Of a DNA stretch of 26,961 nucleotides, positions 26,235 to 26,961 are shown piece by piece (position 1 is the stretch's first letter; the number at the start of each line of letters is the position of its first letter). The notes beneath the pieces are model-generated. The model had not been told where the DNA came from, did not search any database, and was given only the letters and a program-made list of their open reading frames with translations. Where the stretch lies: assembly GCA_046758965.1 (NCBI GenBank), contig JBHIBG010000034.1, forward strand, positions 1 to 26,961, written 5' to 3'. Source of the DNA: Candidatus Methylomirabilia bacterium (GTDB lineage: Bacteria > Methylomirabilota > Methylomirabilia > Rokubacteriales > CSP1-6). A program made the position numbers and the translations under genes.

Positions 26235-26855
26235 ATGGCTCAGATTCTCTGTAAGAGCTGTCAGCATTTCGGTCCGGCCCTGGACCCGACCATTGCCAAG
26301 TCGTTCCTTGGCGCCTGCCGGAAAAAGGAGGCCCCATTCCTCCTGATCCTCCCTCTGGAGGGGGTGACCGAATGCGAGATCTACGAGCAGGCTTCCTCCC
26401 GTCCCGCCCCGGTGGCCGCCGCTCAGGCTTCCACACCGGCCGAGGCGAAGGCTCAGCCGGCAGAGAAGCGGGTGGTGCTCTACTACTCCAGCGCGCACTC
26501 GCCTGGCGAGCAGTTCCCCTGCGATCCGAAGCGAGCCTCCTCTCTCCTGGGCGAGCTCAAGGCCAAGGGCGTGGCCTGCGAGATCCGGGACCTGGCCAGG
26601 GTCCAGGATGTGTTCCCCGACTACCACAAGGCGGTCACCGGGCCGAGCGCCCAGAAGCGCCCGGTCTTCGGCATGAAGGGTGCCCTAGAGGAGGACTTCG
26701 GCCGCCGGGTGCCTGCGCTCATGATCTTTGAGGGCGCTCGCTACCCCACCGAGGTGTTCCCTCGCATGGACCGCGAGCTGAACCGCCTGCTTGGCGTCGA
26801 GGAAGCCCTCGAGCGCCTTGTTCAGTCAAAGGCAACCCCCTCGATGTCAACGTAG
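26235..26855 (+). CDS. Hypothetical two-domain protein: N-terminal four-Cys domain, Ala/Pro linker, probable thioredoxin/glutaredoxin-like domain
   Basis: GGAGG SD. CKSCQHF...GAC...CEIY, linker RPAPVAAAQASTPAEAKAQPAE, then VVLYYS...C...GVACEIRDL...VPALMIF. Confidence 0.75.
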   Translation: MAQILCKSCQHFGPALDPTIAKSFLGACRKKEAPFLLILPLEGVTECEIYEQASSRPAPVAAAQASTPAEAKAQPAEKRVVLYYSSAHSPGEQFPCDPKRASSLLGELKAKGVACEIRDLARVQDVFPDYHKAVTGPSAQKRPVFGMKGALEEDFGRRVPALMIFEGARYPTEVFPRMDRELNRLLGVEEALERLVQSKATPSMST

Positions 26856-26961
26856 AGGAGCCGTGGCCCGCCAGGCGTCTTTGCGGATCCGGACGCTCAT
26901 GATGTTCAACGGAAACCGCGGCTTAGGACGCTATTTGCCTTTCGTACAAATATTCCCTAAA

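Noticed and set aside
19851..26855. Assignment as a bbsEF/bss anaerobic toluene pathway, or as frc/caiB
   Set aside because: There is no glycyl-radical enzyme, activase, beta-oxidation gene or oxalyl-CoA decarboxylase in the window, and family membership does not define substrate.
26856..26961. Possible ncRNA or element end at the right edge
   Set aside because: Only a ~10 nt resemblance to the element at the window start, and it is truncated by the window edge, so it cannot be supported.

Overview
A GC-rich bacterial window with no rRNA, tRNA, CRISPR array or transposase. Gene content and repeat style suggest Candidatus Rokubacteria/Methylomirabilota or a similar lineage, which is an inference only. 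In order it carries: (i) E2 and E3 genes of a 2-oxoacid dehydrogenase complex; (ii) a minus-strand pair of an HExxH zinc peptidase and a D-Ala-D-Ala-ligase-like ATP-grasp enzyme; (iii) a 10-gene Mrp/Mnh-type cation/H+ antiporter operon (E-F-G-B'-B-C-D-D-small-D) behind a near-consensus sigma70 promoter; (iv) a convergent otsA-otsB-yip1-hflK-hflC run, where otsB has no canonical start before its catalytic motif and seems to begin at CTG; (v) apgM and small hypothetical genes; (vi) four related family III (CaiB/BaiF/Frc) CoA-transferase genes arranged A-B-[Zn-ribbon]-B-A, the last lacking the catalytic Asp, followed by a secreted/membrane protein and a Cys4 + thioredoxin-like fusion protein. Cluster (vi) is the best candidate for an uncharacterised system. 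Non-coding features include a ~130 bp MITE-like element, a hairpin repeat in about three copies (one in-frame within a gene) and a structured element at the window start.
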